NCBI GenBank assembly: GCA_030867685.1
Contig: JAQOWU010000008.1
Location: forward strand, 310,001 to 374,000
Direction: 5' to 3'
From: Wickerhamiella versatilis
Lineage: Eukaryota
Length of the DNA stretch: 64,000 nucleotides
Numbering within the stretch: position 1 is the stretch's first letter; each line of letters starts with the position of its first letter. The translations under genes and the position numbers were made by a program. Shown piece after piece: positions 39,941 through 50,701 of the stretch. The notes below the pieces were generated by a model. That model was not told the origin of the DNA. It was given only the letters and a program-made list of their open reading frames with translations, and made no database searches.

Positions 39941-42514
39941 ATGTCAGTCACTGGCGAGTTCATTGTTGGCCAGAATATCGACTTTCAGTATGATAAAGGT
40001 CGTGATGCCGCTGAGACGGCAGCAAAGAGAAAGCGACGGAAGTCAAAGAAAAAGAAGCCTGCTCGTAGGGTTAGCAAAGCTGATGAGGATATTTGGAACA
40101 CCTCTAGTGAGGAGGAACGCACAAGAATAATGGAGTTTTGGGCAAATTTAAGTGATGATCGCCGAAAGGAACTCGTGAAGCTTGACAAGGATGTCCTGCT
40201 AGAAAAAGTTCGTCGTCAAAAAGGGCATGACTGCGCCTGCTCTGTCTGTGGCCGGAAACGCGAGGCAGCCGAACAGGAACTTGATGCTCTTTACGAGGCC
40301 TATTTCCATGAACTAGAGTTGTATTCCGCACGATTATTGAATGATAGTAGTGCATTAATGTTCCAGCCTTTGGACTCTGAAAGTGAAATTAGAAATATTT
40401 CAGATGAAAGCTCCAGCAGAGGTACACAAGATAGTCATAGTGCACTTACGCCAGATACCACTGTTACAAGCAGGCTTTCCGGAAAGAATAATGAAGACGA
40501 TTGGGACTTACAATGGAGTAGGCCGGGTTCAAGAAATTCCGAACGATCTCTTGACTCGAAAGATAAGCAGGACTCCTCTCACGAGGCATATACACGTTCT
40601 ATTGGGCCAGTTAATGTAACGACCAGTCCTGCAAAGTCATCTGAGAACGTAGACCCTTCGATAGAGTCGGAGTCTGGCTTTGCTGGAGGCATACTTAGTG
40701 TTGCAGACGACATTATAAGAAATGACGGACGAAGATTCATGGATGTAATGGACCATTTAGACAACAGCCGGCTGTTGCAGGAAGGTCAGTTTCAGTCCAT
40801 GTATGAGCAACTTTACAATAGCTACAACCAAGTACGGGAAGGCATGGCCCGAGATGTGGGTCAAAGTATACATGCAACAGAAAATGGGCTATCCCAACTC
40901 ACGTTGCGAGACACAATGAAATATACCAGTTCGCAAAATAGAGTATCAGAAGTGACGGAGCCTGAGTCTCCCAAACCGTCACCGGAAACGTTGCCCCCGC
41001 CCCCACCACCGCATCATTCAGCCTCCTCTGAAAGACCAGCATTGCCACTAGACACAATAGGGCACGATACCTCACATCTGACAGATGAAGAATTTGATGA
41101 TGAAGAATTTGATGAAGAGGACTACGATGACTACGATGATGAGCTTAATTCAGTCCCCTCCGAGGCTGATGAAGTGGACGAGCGCCATCTTTCAGAGAAA
41201 AGATCTCGTGAAGGTCGCAAAATGCTTCAAACGTTCGCCGCGCGGATGTTTGAACAAAGAGTTTTCCAGGCTTATCGCGAACATGTTGCCCAAGAGAGAC
41301 AGCGGAAACTGCTTGAAGAGATTGAACTTGAGTCTCGTGCAGCCGAAGAGCGCGAGGCTAAAAAGTTGAAAGACAAAACAAGAAAGAAGAACAAAAAGCT
41401 GGCTCAGAAGCAACAACGCGAGGAGGAACTGCGAAAACGTGAACGAGAGGAACGAGAGCGTGAAGAAATACAAAGATCTAAGGAAGAGGCTCAGCGTGCA
41501 GCTCAACGTGAACAGGAAAGGCTCAGGGCTGAAGCCCACAGAGCTGAGATAGCTGCAAGAGTAGCCGAAATGGAACGTGAGCAGCGTCAAAGAGAATCTC
41601 GTGAAATGCTTGAGCGGCAAAGGAAAAAGCAAGAGGAAGAGCGACATGCTGCACGGGAGCAAGGTCGACAAAAGCGCGAGCGCGAGCTTCGTGAAAAGCG
41701 AGTGGAACGTGAACGCCAGGAGCGGATGCGCCAGGAGCTCCAACAGGAGCAACTTGAAAAGACTCGAGCTATAGAAAAACAATCTATGGCTAAGAAATTG
41801 GAAAATGCGACTTCTCAAACACAATCCACGCCGGTTTCGAAGGCCTCGACACCAGTAAGAGATAATGTTTCGTTGTCTGCATCACCAAGTCCACAAGTCA
41901 AAGGGTTTGCTTCTCCAAATATAGCCTTAGCACATCAGCACCAAAGTTCACCTCTAATTCAACCGCATGTGCCAAGTACTTCTCGCAACAGCTCAACACT
42001 GCCCTTCCCTTTGGGTCAGCAGGATGACAAGCCGGGGCTTTGGGGCAGGTACAACCCACTCATTGGTAATTCGGTTTTGAACAATGCGTGGAGTGGATGG
42101 TCTCGTTGGCATGGCCCTTCTACTGCTGGGGCAACGAACCATGTATCCTCTCATCCACTTGGTGGCCCTGCTATAGCCCCTAGCTCCGAATCAATTAGTT
42201 CAAAGACTGGTAGCTCCCCCTGGGCTCGCCAAAGCTCCATTTGGACGCCTCCGGTGCCCCTTGAGACAATCCGTTCTGCGGCAATATTAAGTTATGAGCG
42301 GATTTCGAGCCAAGGTCTTGCCGTTGATGGGTATGTACCTTCTCAAGTACTTTATCATGCTGTACTGAATTCTTTGAATGGGCCCAGGTTCAGTCAAAAC
42401 GACCTATATCAAGCTTGTGGTGTAGCCGGTCCCGCTGCACATCCTCTTATCTTTGAATGCTTACGGGATAACGTTGGTCTTGTGACCCATCTTCGCTATA
42501 TACCACACTCTTAG
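39941..42514 (+). CDS. NST1: Nst1 stress-response protein
   Basis: IWNTSSEEERTRIMEFW, CACSVCGRKR, LSVADDIIRNDGRRFMDVM, EGRKMLQTFAARMFEQRV, long E/R coiled coil. Confidence 0.9.
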   Translation: MSVTGEFIVGQNIDFQYDKGRDAAETAAKRKRRKSKKKKPARRVSKADEDIWNTSSEEERTRIMEFWANLSDDRRKELVKLDKDVLLEKVRRQKGHDCACSVCGRKREAAEQELDALYEAYFHELELYSARLLNDSSALMFQPLDSESEIRNISDESSSRGTQDSHSALTPDTTVTSRLSGKNNEDDWDLQWSRPGSRNSERSLDSKDKQDSSHEAYTRSIGPVNVTTSPAKSSENVDPSIESESGFAGGILSVADDIIRNDGRRFMDVMDHLDNSRLLQEGQFQSMYEQLYNSYNQVREGMARDVGQSIHATENGLSQLTLRDTMKYTSSQNRVSEVTEPESPKPSPETLPPPPPPHHSASSERPALPLDTIGHDTSHLTDEEFDDEEFDEEDYDDYDDELNSVPSEADEVDERHLSEKRSREGRKMLQTFAARMFEQRVFQAYREHVAQERQRKLLEEIELESRAAEEREAKKLKDKTRKKNKKLAQKQQREEELRKREREEREREEIQRSKEEAQRAAQREQERLRAEAHRAEIAARVAEMEREQRQRESREMLERQRKKQEEERHAAREQGRQKRERELREKRVERERQERMRQELQQEQLEKTRAIEKQSMAKKLENATSQTQSTPVSKASTPVRDNVSLSASPSPQVKGFASPNIALAHQHQSSPLIQPHVPSTSRNSSTLPFPLGQQDDKPGLWGRYNPLIGNSVLNNAWSGWSRWHGPSTAGATNHVSSHPLGGPAIAPSSESISSKTGSSPWARQSSIWTPPVPLETIRSAAILSYERISSQGLAVDGYVPSQVLYHAVLNSLNGPRFSQNDLYQACGVAGPAAHPLIFECLRDNVGLVTHLRYIPHS

Positions 42515-42606
42515 TTTTTTATTTCATCTCAATAAGTGATAATTATGCATTGTTGATAACTATCGGCCGTTATAGTTAGCTAAGGTTAAGCTTTTTAGGC
42601 AGTCTC

Positions 42607-44760
42607 ATGTCCGAGCTTGGATATCTGAATCAGCAGCTCTCCTGGCATCGTATGCAAAGCGCTCCCCCACAGCGTAGTATATCAGATAGTGGGAGCCAGC
42701 TTTACCTAGCTCGCACAAATACATGGGTTTCTCAACGTCCTGTAGATGTATCAAAGAGCCTCTATTTTCGCTGCTTGCATGCTATAGAAGCGCTAAAGGC
42801 ACAATCATTTCTTAAGCCTTACTTTGCATACTTGGAAAAGCAAGATGGAGAGCTTCCTGATTTTCTACAGGTTGACTTTGGTATTTCACCGCCGAACCAA
42901 CCTCTAGATGCCATTTCGTTGACCTCTCGCTTTCTCAGACTAGGTGGTCCCATGTGCCTCTTGTTTAACAAGCTTGGACGCGTTCAACTTGAGGTTCTCC
43001 CAGCAGAGGGGTATTCTAATATTAAGGTTGTCAAACGATCGCTCTATCGCTTCTTGGAGGCCTGTATGTTGGAGTTAAAATTGAATGCTGAGGAAGATCT
43101 CTTTACGATTTCTAATGTTTTTAGTTTGTCTACAACTGACCTGGCAAGAGCTTTCAGGACGCTTCAGCTTATAATCGATCGGCTAGATGAGAAAAATCTT
43201 CTGGAACCCTATACAGCTAGCAATGCGCATCGAGAGCCTCAGGATCAAAGAGATCGAGTCATGGATGAACTGGTGCGAACGGAGCAAAAGTATGTTCAAA
43301 ACCTTCAAATACTTCTGAATTATCATGATGTGTTATTGCATTCCAACTTCCCGCGGGAAACAGTTGCTACCATGCTGCCGTACCTTCCGAAGCTTGTCGA
43401 CATCCAAAGACGATTCCTAGCAGGTTTAGAATACCAGTCCTCTTTTGAGCCTGAGAATCAAAATATAGCTTGGATTTTTGAACGCTGGGTTCCAGATTTC
43501 AAGCAATTATACGAGGGATTCACCCTCAACCAGAAGAGTGCCTCGGAGGTTGCAAACCAGGAGATTCCCAATTTGTTGCAGTTTTCAAATATTCTTGAAC
43601 CGACGTGGGAACTTCAAGCAATGCTTCTGACACCTGTACAGCGTATATGCCGATATCCTTTGCTTTTGAAACAGCTTGAAAAGCATACACCACCGGATTG
43701 GCCCTATTATGAAAAGCTCTGTGACACACTAACGGTAATGCAGGGCATGATGATTGCTGTGAATGAGACACAGAGAAAGGTAGAAAACCGTTTTGTCCGA
43801 AGAGATCTTGAAGAACGCGTCAAAGACTGGAAAGGGTTAGATATCAACAGTATGGGAGAACTTCTCCTGAGCGGTGCATTCCCTGTTCTGAGCTTTGGTG
43901 AGGAATCAGAGTATAATCTGTATCTATTCGAAAAAATGCTTTTGTGCTGCAAGGATAAAGTACTCGCAAAAAGGACACCTTTGGGAAAAATTAGGCCCAC
44001 CCGAGCATCACATGGTAAAGGCACCACTCTTGAGCTTAAGGGAAGAATATATTTAAGTTATGTGACCTCAGTTCGTGTTACAAGACTACCAAATGGCTAC
44101 CTTCTAAGTCTTGGTTGGGGTCATGATGATGCAAGTGAGATCGGGGCATTTGAAGTTCGTCTGGCAAATGACGAGCAAGCGGCCTTTTGGGAGGCATCTA
44201 TATCGCGACTTTCAAATCTTTCACGAGAATTGCCACAAGATAATATCCCTCTCGGTTTTGATGATGATGACACCGATGGCGGTGCTAAATTTTGGGAGGA
44301 CGCTGGCAATTCTCCTGTAGAAGCTCTACGTAAGCTCAGTGTTAGCTCTGAGTCTAACAGGTCCCGCTGGTCTTTTGATACAAATGGCGGAGCACGAAAC
44401 TCGCGGCTTTCCGGATCTGTTACACCTATTGCAGGATCTCAATCTCACCTTCCAGGGCTCCGTGTACGTACACCAAGTTATTCGACCGAGACCCTGGAGC
44501 TTAATGGACGGCGCCGTGTGCGTGTTTATATCCAATCTGATACATTTTTATTATTGCTACCGCAGGATGTGACGTATTCGGCATTAGTATCTCGAGTCGA
44601 GCGCAAATTAAAGCTTTGTGGGAAGCCTGTGGTTTCTCCACTGCCATTACATTACCTCGATGAAGATAGAGACTACGTCCGTCTTGCCTCTGACGATGAT
44701 CTGGCTATAGCTCTGGAAGCCGTGCCAGAAAGTGAGGAACTGACGCTACGGATAAGTTAG
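42607..44760 (+). CDS. CDC24: Cdc42 GEF (CH-DH-PH-PB1)
   Basis: CH-like region (LFTISNVF), DH (ELVRTEQKYV, PVQRICRYPLLL), PH (YLFEKMLLCCK, LKGRIY), PB1 (YLDEDRDYV). Confidence 0.92.
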   Translation: MSELGYLNQQLSWHRMQSAPPQRSISDSGSQLYLARTNTWVSQRPVDVSKSLYFRCLHAIEALKAQSFLKPYFAYLEKQDGELPDFLQVDFGISPPNQPLDAISLTSRFLRLGGPMCLLFNKLGRVQLEVLPAEGYSNIKVVKRSLYRFLEACMLELKLNAEEDLFTISNVFSLSTTDLARAFRTLQLIIDRLDEKNLLEPYTASNAHREPQDQRDRVMDELVRTEQKYVQNLQILLNYHDVLLHSNFPRETVATMLPYLPKLVDIQRRFLAGLEYQSSFEPENQNIAWIFERWVPDFKQLYEGFTLNQKSASEVANQEIPNLLQFSNILEPTWELQAMLLTPVQRICRYPLLLKQLEKHTPPDWPYYEKLCDTLTVMQGMMIAVNETQRKVENRFVRRDLEERVKDWKGLDINSMGELLLSGAFPVLSFGEESEYNLYLFEKMLLCCKDKVLAKRTPLGKIRPTRASHGKGTTLELKGRIYLSYVTSVRVTRLPNGYLLSLGWGHDDASEIGAFEVRLANDEQAAFWEASISRLSNLSRELPQDNIPLGFDDDDTDGGAKFWEDAGNSPVEALRKLSVSSESNRSRWSFDTNGGARNSRLSGSVTPIAGSQSHLPGLRVRTPSYSTETLELNGRRRVRVYIQSDTFLLLLPQDVTYSALVSRVERKLKLCGKPVVSPLPLHYLDEDRDYVRLASDDDLAIALEAVPESEELTLRIS

Positions 44761-44830
44761 TTAAGTATGTTGTAAAGTGTGTATTTATTAGGATTCGTGA
44801 AGTATCTAAGAGTTAGTCATCCGCCCGCTA

Positions 44831-47185
44831 ATGGGTGCGCCGGCTATTCCCCATGTGACCCAGAACTATGTCGGACTTCAGCATCTTGTTACTGAGTTGG
44901 CTCAACGAAGTAACAAGGAGCTTATAGAGACTCTTGGTACACTGGATGGTGCACCTAGTGATGCGGCAAAGAAGCGACAGTTCCTTACATTTTTAGTAGG
45001 TTGTCGCCAGGAGTTCGTAAAATTATATGTTCTTTGCAAGTGGGCAGTTGTCTCACCAGATATATCGCGTTGTATTGATGTCGCCTCGTGGCTTCATGGT
45101 CAGCAGCAAGCGTTCAATAATGCTGTTGCAGCACTTTTCTATCTCCAACAGTCCTTGCAAGCAGCCCAAATGCCTTGGGCTGATATTGAGACAGCACTCG
45201 AAGTTGAGAAGTATAAAAGGCCACTAGGCACTATAATTCACTGGTTCCTCCCCCATAAACGACTCAGTCCTCAAAAAGTGCTAGGTGTCATGCGTCGTTT
45301 GAACATTCTTTTAGCGGTGCGGGTAGCTCTCAGTGAGCAGCTCCCTCAAAATTACCATGGATTCAATGTATTAAATGGTCGCGTGCATTTTTCCGTTCCA
45401 AATGCGGGGTACTGGGTAGAATTAGCTGTTGCTGATGACAGTACAGAAGGTCAGTTTTTTTTTGTTGATTTTGGACTTGAAAATGGTTTACAAATACCTT
45501 TTAGAGCCCGTGCGAAACTTGAGCAAGCTACAAATGATAGACTCAGCAAGCAACCGCTCCGAAATGTTTTGGATTGGCTCAGTAATGTTGCAGCTGTCTA
45601 TCGCCTGTCTAATTTAGCCACACAGTTGACTGAACTCGAAAAAGTTGGGGCATATGCCGGAGTACTCAACCATATTTATCGTGGGTGGTCCCTTTCGGTC
45701 CAGTATTGGGTTAACTCAGGTCAATCAGGAGAAATCATTGTTGGAATTCAGCCTTACGGTCACGTAACAACGAAATGGAGACCTAACATTAAATCCACTT
45801 GGAACTTAGTAACTTTGCAAAAAGGTGATGGTGCTTTGGAACTCTTGAAGCAGGTTACGGAGGCTCATACTTCTCAAATAATGTGCAGTTTTGATACATT
45901 GTCGTGGGTTCATGGACAATCACCAACAAGTGCGCAGGTCAAAATAGGGGCACAAAAAACATCTTCACTCATAATTGACCAAGCTAGTGGTAAAATGACA
46001 CTTGTTGGTGTCGGTAATGTTGATCCCACGCGTCCCATAGACTCTCTCGAGGTTCTGAGAATTGAAGTGCAGCAAGATATTATATTGAGATGTGCAAAGG
46101 CTTGTGGATGGCAAGTGCAAAGAAATTTGCGGTTTTATTCAGGGGAAATCTCGGGTCTCGAGGGTGTAAAAATGCTGTCAGCACTTCGCCGGCCGGAGTG
46201 GGCATCTGGATGGTATCTCTGTGTAGGCTTTGGCAACTATGAAGAACCAAAATGGGCAGCTACTCGTCTCCAGTCGGTTCAACGTCGTTGGAAATTGGAG
46301 TTCACCAAGAGTTTATCTTCACTCACGAGTAACGTTGACTATAACACATTCACCAAGTTAAGTGAAACCTACATGACTGAATTTGCACTCTATGAGCTAT
46401 GCCGTGAGCTTCATGCCACTGGTACTCATCATCAACGACGCGGAGATGTAGTTTTGGTCGACATCAGAACATTGTTGCCCACAGAAGTCTCTTGGGTACA
46501 ATCGGCTTTGCGTTTAACCGTACAACCCGACCGTACAATTTTGGCCCACGGGAAACTCTTTCCTAACGCTAAAGAGCTAGAATCGAGCACTGATGGTGAA
46601 TTCAAAATTACTGTGTCGTCTTTAAGCTGCCTTCGGCAAAAGCTTCGGAAATACGCTGATGCCGCCACATCACTCATTCTTGCACGTTCCTTGAAGCTTG
46701 AGGTTAGAAAAGCAACCCTCGAATCCATAGAATTGGCCTATGCTTCTGGTCAAGGTGTATTGACTATAAGTGGAGGCACGAACGTCGATATTCCTGATAC
46801 AAACCCCCAACGCATATTGGTCGCATTCCTCCCTTCGCTGCTCACTCAATCTGGCCTTGTATCAGTTGTTGCATACCTGGCAGAAGTGTTTCCTGTATTT
46901 GTTGCAATTTCAAAACTTCCAGGCTGTACTACACTAACACAGACAGCAAGCCAAGTCTATCTACTTCGTCAGTCGGCACCTCAAGGATCTAAATTATCCT
47001 TGGAGTTTCTAAAAAGGCGTAATAAGTCCGAAGTGTTTATCACATCTACTCAGCCGGTAGCTGGACTTGAGAAATATTTTAAACACTCCTCGCAGAAAGG
47101 CGTGGTACCTCTGCAAACTGGGGCAGCTGCAAGCATTGAGGCATGTGCAATGCTATTACCGCAGCTATTCAACTGCTTGCAGTGA
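44831..47185 (+). CDS. RGR1: Mediator subunit Med14, C-terminally divergent
   Basis: PAIPHVTQNYVGL, RQEFVKLYVLCKW, NGRVHFSV, FFFVDF. Confidence 0.85.
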   Translation: MGAPAIPHVTQNYVGLQHLVTELAQRSNKELIETLGTLDGAPSDAAKKRQFLTFLVGCRQEFVKLYVLCKWAVVSPDISRCIDVASWLHGQQQAFNNAVAALFYLQQSLQAAQMPWADIETALEVEKYKRPLGTIIHWFLPHKRLSPQKVLGVMRRLNILLAVRVALSEQLPQNYHGFNVLNGRVHFSVPNAGYWVELAVADDSTEGQFFFVDFGLENGLQIPFRARAKLEQATNDRLSKQPLRNVLDWLSNVAAVYRLSNLATQLTELEKVGAYAGVLNHIYRGWSLSVQYWVNSGQSGEIIVGIQPYGHVTTKWRPNIKSTWNLVTLQKGDGALELLKQVTEAHTSQIMCSFDTLSWVHGQSPTSAQVKIGAQKTSSLIIDQASGKMTLVGVGNVDPTRPIDSLEVLRIEVQQDIILRCAKACGWQVQRNLRFYSGEISGLEGVKMLSALRRPEWASGWYLCVGFGNYEEPKWAATRLQSVQRRWKLEFTKSLSSLTSNVDYNTFTKLSETYMTEFALYELCRELHATGTHHQRRGDVVLVDIRTLLPTEVSWVQSALRLTVQPDRTILAHGKLFPNAKELESSTDGEFKITVSSLSCLRQKLRKYADAATSLILARSLKLEVRKATLESIELAYASGQGVLTISGGTNVDIPDTNPQRILVAFLPSLLTQSGLVSVVAYLAEVFPVFVAISKLPGCTTLTQTASQVYLLRQSAPQGSKLSLEFLKRRNKSEVFITSTQPVAGLEKYFKHSSQKGVVPLQTGAAASIEACAMLLPQLFNCLQ

Positions 47186-47319
47186 ATTGCATTTTTTGTA
47201 CAAAAGTACAAGATATGTCTATATATATATGCTAAAAAAATTAACTTTGCGGAGTTCCTTAAGCTAATAATTATATCTCAAAAAGATAATGTGAACTTGG
47301 CCATTGATGGCCATTAGCT

Positions 47320-48429
47320 CTATAGGTCAATGCGAACGATGCTTGAGTGCTCTGTATTCTGTGGGATGTTCCAAATATCCACAGGGGCCTTAAATATCGT
47401 TGACTGAGTGGGGTCTTCATCATACACGTCAAAATCACCTTCATGTTCTCTGTAGGGCTCAACATCAAGCATTTGCGTGAATTGAGGCAAAAGCGTTGAC
47501 CAATTATCACGAAGCTTGTTAGACCAGATATATATAGCACCACTAAACGCGCCAACACCAACAACTTTTGGCGCATTATGAAAAAATGCTACCGACCTCA
47601 TACTCTCCGGTGCAGGTGGATATTCTTTTAAACATGTTCCAAAAATGGTGGACCATAGGTAGGCCTTAGGAGCTTTTGCTTCCGCTATAGCAAATATGTG
47701 CGTTCCTCGAGGGGACAACGCCAATGAGGAGAATTGGGTACGCGATATTGCGTCCTCGAAACGTGAAAGCGTCTCTACGTCCCAGTTAGGAGGTCCTGGG
47801 TGTGTGGTCGCCCGCACCTTTCGGTCTCCAGCGTTGACAACAATCAATGTTTCTCCGGTAACAATCTGCCGTATGGCAGCATTCGATATCTTGATGGAGT
47901 TAACAAGCTGATTTTCCGAGAAAACATCGATATATCCCTTGGAGTTGCCACACAACAAATTGTGACAAGATCCAACCATCGACCATGCTAGAGACACCGC
48001 CCGAGCTGTTGGCTCGAGAATTAACGTTTCTGATTTTGCAAAGTTACCGATAACTATGTTTCCATCGAGTCTGATTGCAGCGAATAGGTTTTTATCAGCA
48101 CTTGCCAGCTGTTTAATTGGACTTCCAATATTGAGAAGACTACTGACCTCGAGTCCATATTCTTGCCATTGTGAACACCATCCATCCTCTCCTGCAGTGA
48201 CCAATGTACCATCTTTACACCAAAATAGAGCACTTATTGGTCCCTCATGCGCCCTTTTACTACGAATCACACAGAGCGTGTCCATATCGATGATCGCGAG
48301 CACTCCATTACAAAGGCCTGTTGCTAAATATTGACCATCTGGGCTAGCGCATACACTCGTTGACCCACCGACTTGGACTGTCATTGCGAGTCCTTCAGGT
48401 ACATCTGTATCTTCTGCTAGATCCGCCAT
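47320..48429 (-). CDS. SWD1: COMPASS WD40 subunit Swd1/RbBP5, divergent
   Basis: SPDGQYLATGLCNGVLAIIDMDT and post-propeller NWSTLLPQF...YREHEGDFD align by eye with Swd1 motifs. Confidence 0.75.
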   Translation of the reverse strand: MADLAEDTDVPEGLAMTVQVGGSTSVCASPDGQYLATGLCNGVLAIIDMDTLCVIRSKRAHEGPISALFWCKDGTLVTAGEDGWCSQWQEYGLEVSSLLNIGSPIKQLASADKNLFAAIRLDGNIVIGNFAKSETLILEPTARAVSLAWSMVGSCHNLLCGNSKGYIDVFSENQLVNSIKISNAAIRQIVTGETLIVVNAGDRKVRATTHPGPPNWDVETLSRFEDAISRTQFSSLALSPRGTHIFAIAEAKAPKAYLWSTIFGTCLKEYPPAPESMRSVAFFHNAPKVVGVGAFSGAIYIWSNKLRDNWSTLLPQFTQMLDVEPYREHEGDFDVYDEDPTQSTIFKAPVDIWNIPQNTEHSSIVRIDL

Positions 48430-48903
48430 GCTACGGCGTGAGCCAAAGGTTGTTGTGTTATGTCATAGTAACTGAGATCTTCTTTCACTGTTAACGAGTG
48501 TAAATAGCGAGAATGGCATCTAATCTCGCAAAATTTATGCAAGATACACACATATTTATTTATGTATTTATGTAAATGTACTTATATCTAATCAGTAGCA
48601 ATAGAAGGTAATTTTGTAAAATGGTGCCACAAGGAACTGGGAAAAAAGAAGTTATGAAACCCTCCTTGACTTACTTTTCTTGACTTAGCTATTCAAAAAA
48701 TCCTCAGCAGGCAGCGTCGAATATACAAATGGCAAATGATCTTCAGAAGCACCTGATGACAATCAATTCCAATGCTGTTCTGACTGCCCTCATAATAAAT
48801 TTTAAGAAATTTAAACAGATATGAAAGTCTACCTACATCCCGCTACCAAACTCAAAAAAAACCGAGCCCTATACTCATTTTAAGCATATTATATCACATC
48901 CCA

Positions 48904-49224
48904 TTAAAGAGTGTGGTCCCCCTCTCGGTATTTGTACAGAAGAGGTTCCGTTGGAATGTTACGCTCAAACTTGGTACCATCTGGTCGTTGAGGTGGGATA
49001 ATAGGGTCTGGATGCCTGTATTTCACTAGCATGTCCTTCATTTGGTTCACAAGTGAGTCGATTTGATATTTGTCTCTCACATTCCTATTTTCGTCGAAAC
49101 AAGCCCTGATCTCGAGCGCTTTGCCTCTCCATAGATCACGACGGTTAATCCAGGACTTTGTCAATCGCAATGAGTGGCGATACAAAGCCTGAATCATACG
49201 TGTGTGCTGCTCCTGCAACGACAT
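48904..49224 (-). CDS. Complex I accessory LYR subunit NDUFB9/B22 (NI2M)
   Basis: LYRHSLR, EIRACFDENRNV, YRHPDP..P..PDGTKFERN. Confidence 0.88.
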   Translation of the reverse strand: MSLQEQHTRMIQALYRHSLRLTKSWINRRDLWRGKALEIRACFDENRNVRDKYQIDSLVNQMKDMLVKYRHPDPIIPPQRPDGTKFERNIPTEPLLYKYREGDHTL

Positions 49225-49550
49225 CAGATGATTGGTCCTATGTTTAGTAAGCGTGTTTGTATGTGGTAGCTGCCGTTACTCAAACAACTAATGTAGTACC
49301 TATAATCTCCGACCAGCAGGGTAAATACATTCTTGTAGATGGTTCTAGAGGTGGCAAGTTCTTGGATACCTCTGTAGAAGTCGCATGCTGTAATTCTTAA
49401 ATATGTTTACCAAAACAACGAAAAGCATGGGTTATTTTGCGCTATCAGCTAACAATACCCCACAGGAGCATAAAAAATATACGCAGTGTCTACTAATTCA
49501 GCACATAGTAAATTCACACTTATTTCATGGGCTAGGGTAGTTGAGCACAG

Positions 49551-50624
49551 ATGCAAGCAGAGGATGACCCAGAGGTAGATGTATTTGGGCGTGCAGCCTC
49601 TGCTTTTGCAAAGTATCATTCGGATGCGATAGAACAACTCGTTCACAACCGTGAGATGCGTTTAGAGTCGCTTTCAGGAGAATACAAGGAGGAAGCAGTA
49701 AAAATACTTGGGAACCACTTAGAGAAGATTAAGGAGTGCATTCAACGTAATTCTGTTGTTACTTATCTTTTTTCTCTTTCTCTCGAAAATTTTGCACCTG
49801 GACACGATCCCGAGTCTTTTACGCCTACGGCTCTTGATGAAGACAAGGTTATGTCTATCCTACGCCAATTAGCTCGAGAATGGTCAGTAGATGGAGAACA
49901 CGAGAGGTCGACTTGTTTCGGAATGATTGAAGATGCTCTTCTCCGTGAGTTCCCGGATCCTTCTGGGATAACCGTTCTCGTACCTGGCTGTGGTTTAGGC
50001 AGATTGCCGTTCGACCTCTCCCGTCTGGGCTTTCAGGCTTTAGGTAGCGAAGTCAGTGCACATATGCTCTTGACCTCTAATATAATACTCAATGCTTCTT
50101 CGGGTGTGAACTGCTGGCATATTTACCCCTGGATACATAGTTTGAGTAATTGCAGAAAGATCGAAGACGCTGCACGCACTGTGACAATTCCTGATATCTG
50201 GCCAAGGTCCAGTCCTTTACAACCTGGTGGAGAAATTGGTATGAGCTGTGGAACATTTGAAGACTCTTTTGCCCAAGCTGAGGCAGAATTTGACGCTATT
50301 GCCACGGCGTTCTTCTTGGACACTAGTTCTAATATTTTGCTGACTTTGGATGTTCTCACAAAATGTGTGAAACCGGGTGGTATCTGGATCAATATGGGGC
50401 CTTTGCTCTGGCACTTTGAGGGTATCAATTCTGACCCTCAGAATTCAGAGTATTGTGGTGGGCTTGAAATCACATTGGATGACGTTATTGCTGCAGCAAA
50501 AAGCAGAGGATGGGTATTTGAACGACATGATTCGGGCATCCATACTACCTACTGCGATAATAGCTCCAGCATGAGCCACAGGAACTTTGACTGTGAGTTT
50601 TGGATTGCCAGAAAGCAGCAATGA
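49551..50624 (+). CDS. N2227-like / carnosine N-methyltransferase family SAM-dependent methyltransferase
   Basis: LRQLAREWSVDG, VLVPGCGLGRL, TAFFLDT, GGIWINMGPLLWHF. Confidence 0.9.
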   Translation: MQAEDDPEVDVFGRAASAFAKYHSDAIEQLVHNREMRLESLSGEYKEEAVKILGNHLEKIKECIQRNSVVTYLFSLSLENFAPGHDPESFTPTALDEDKVMSILRQLAREWSVDGEHERSTCFGMIEDALLREFPDPSGITVLVPGCGLGRLPFDLSRLGFQALGSEVSAHMLLTSNIILNASSGVNCWHIYPWIHSLSNCRKIEDAARTVTIPDIWPRSSPLQPGGEIGMSCGTFEDSFAQAEAEFDAIATAFFLDTSSNILLTLDVLTKCVKPGGIWINMGPLLWHFEGINSDPQNSEYCGGLEITLDDVIAAAKSRGWVFERHDSGIHTTYCDNSSSMSHRNFDCEFWIARKQQ

Positions 50625-50701
50625 GTCTGTTATATTTTCTATATCCAATTAAACATAACTTTTTAATTAATTTACTACAGTCTGTTCTAATTCTTTCTGA
50701 C

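Noticed and set aside
41192-41824. 210-aa hydrophobic antisense ORF
   Set aside because: Mirror of the E/R/K coiled coil of NST1
48705-48790. C/D snoRNA-like pattern (TGATGA, CTGA, short terminal stem); similar at 61272-61364
   Set aside because: No proper terminal C box and no convincing rRNA-complementary guide
49238-49369. Possible in-frame intron upstream of NDUFB9 (GTATCC...TACTAAA...TAG)
   Set aside because: Weak donor and non-canonical branch; TTAGTAA fits the promoter motif equally well
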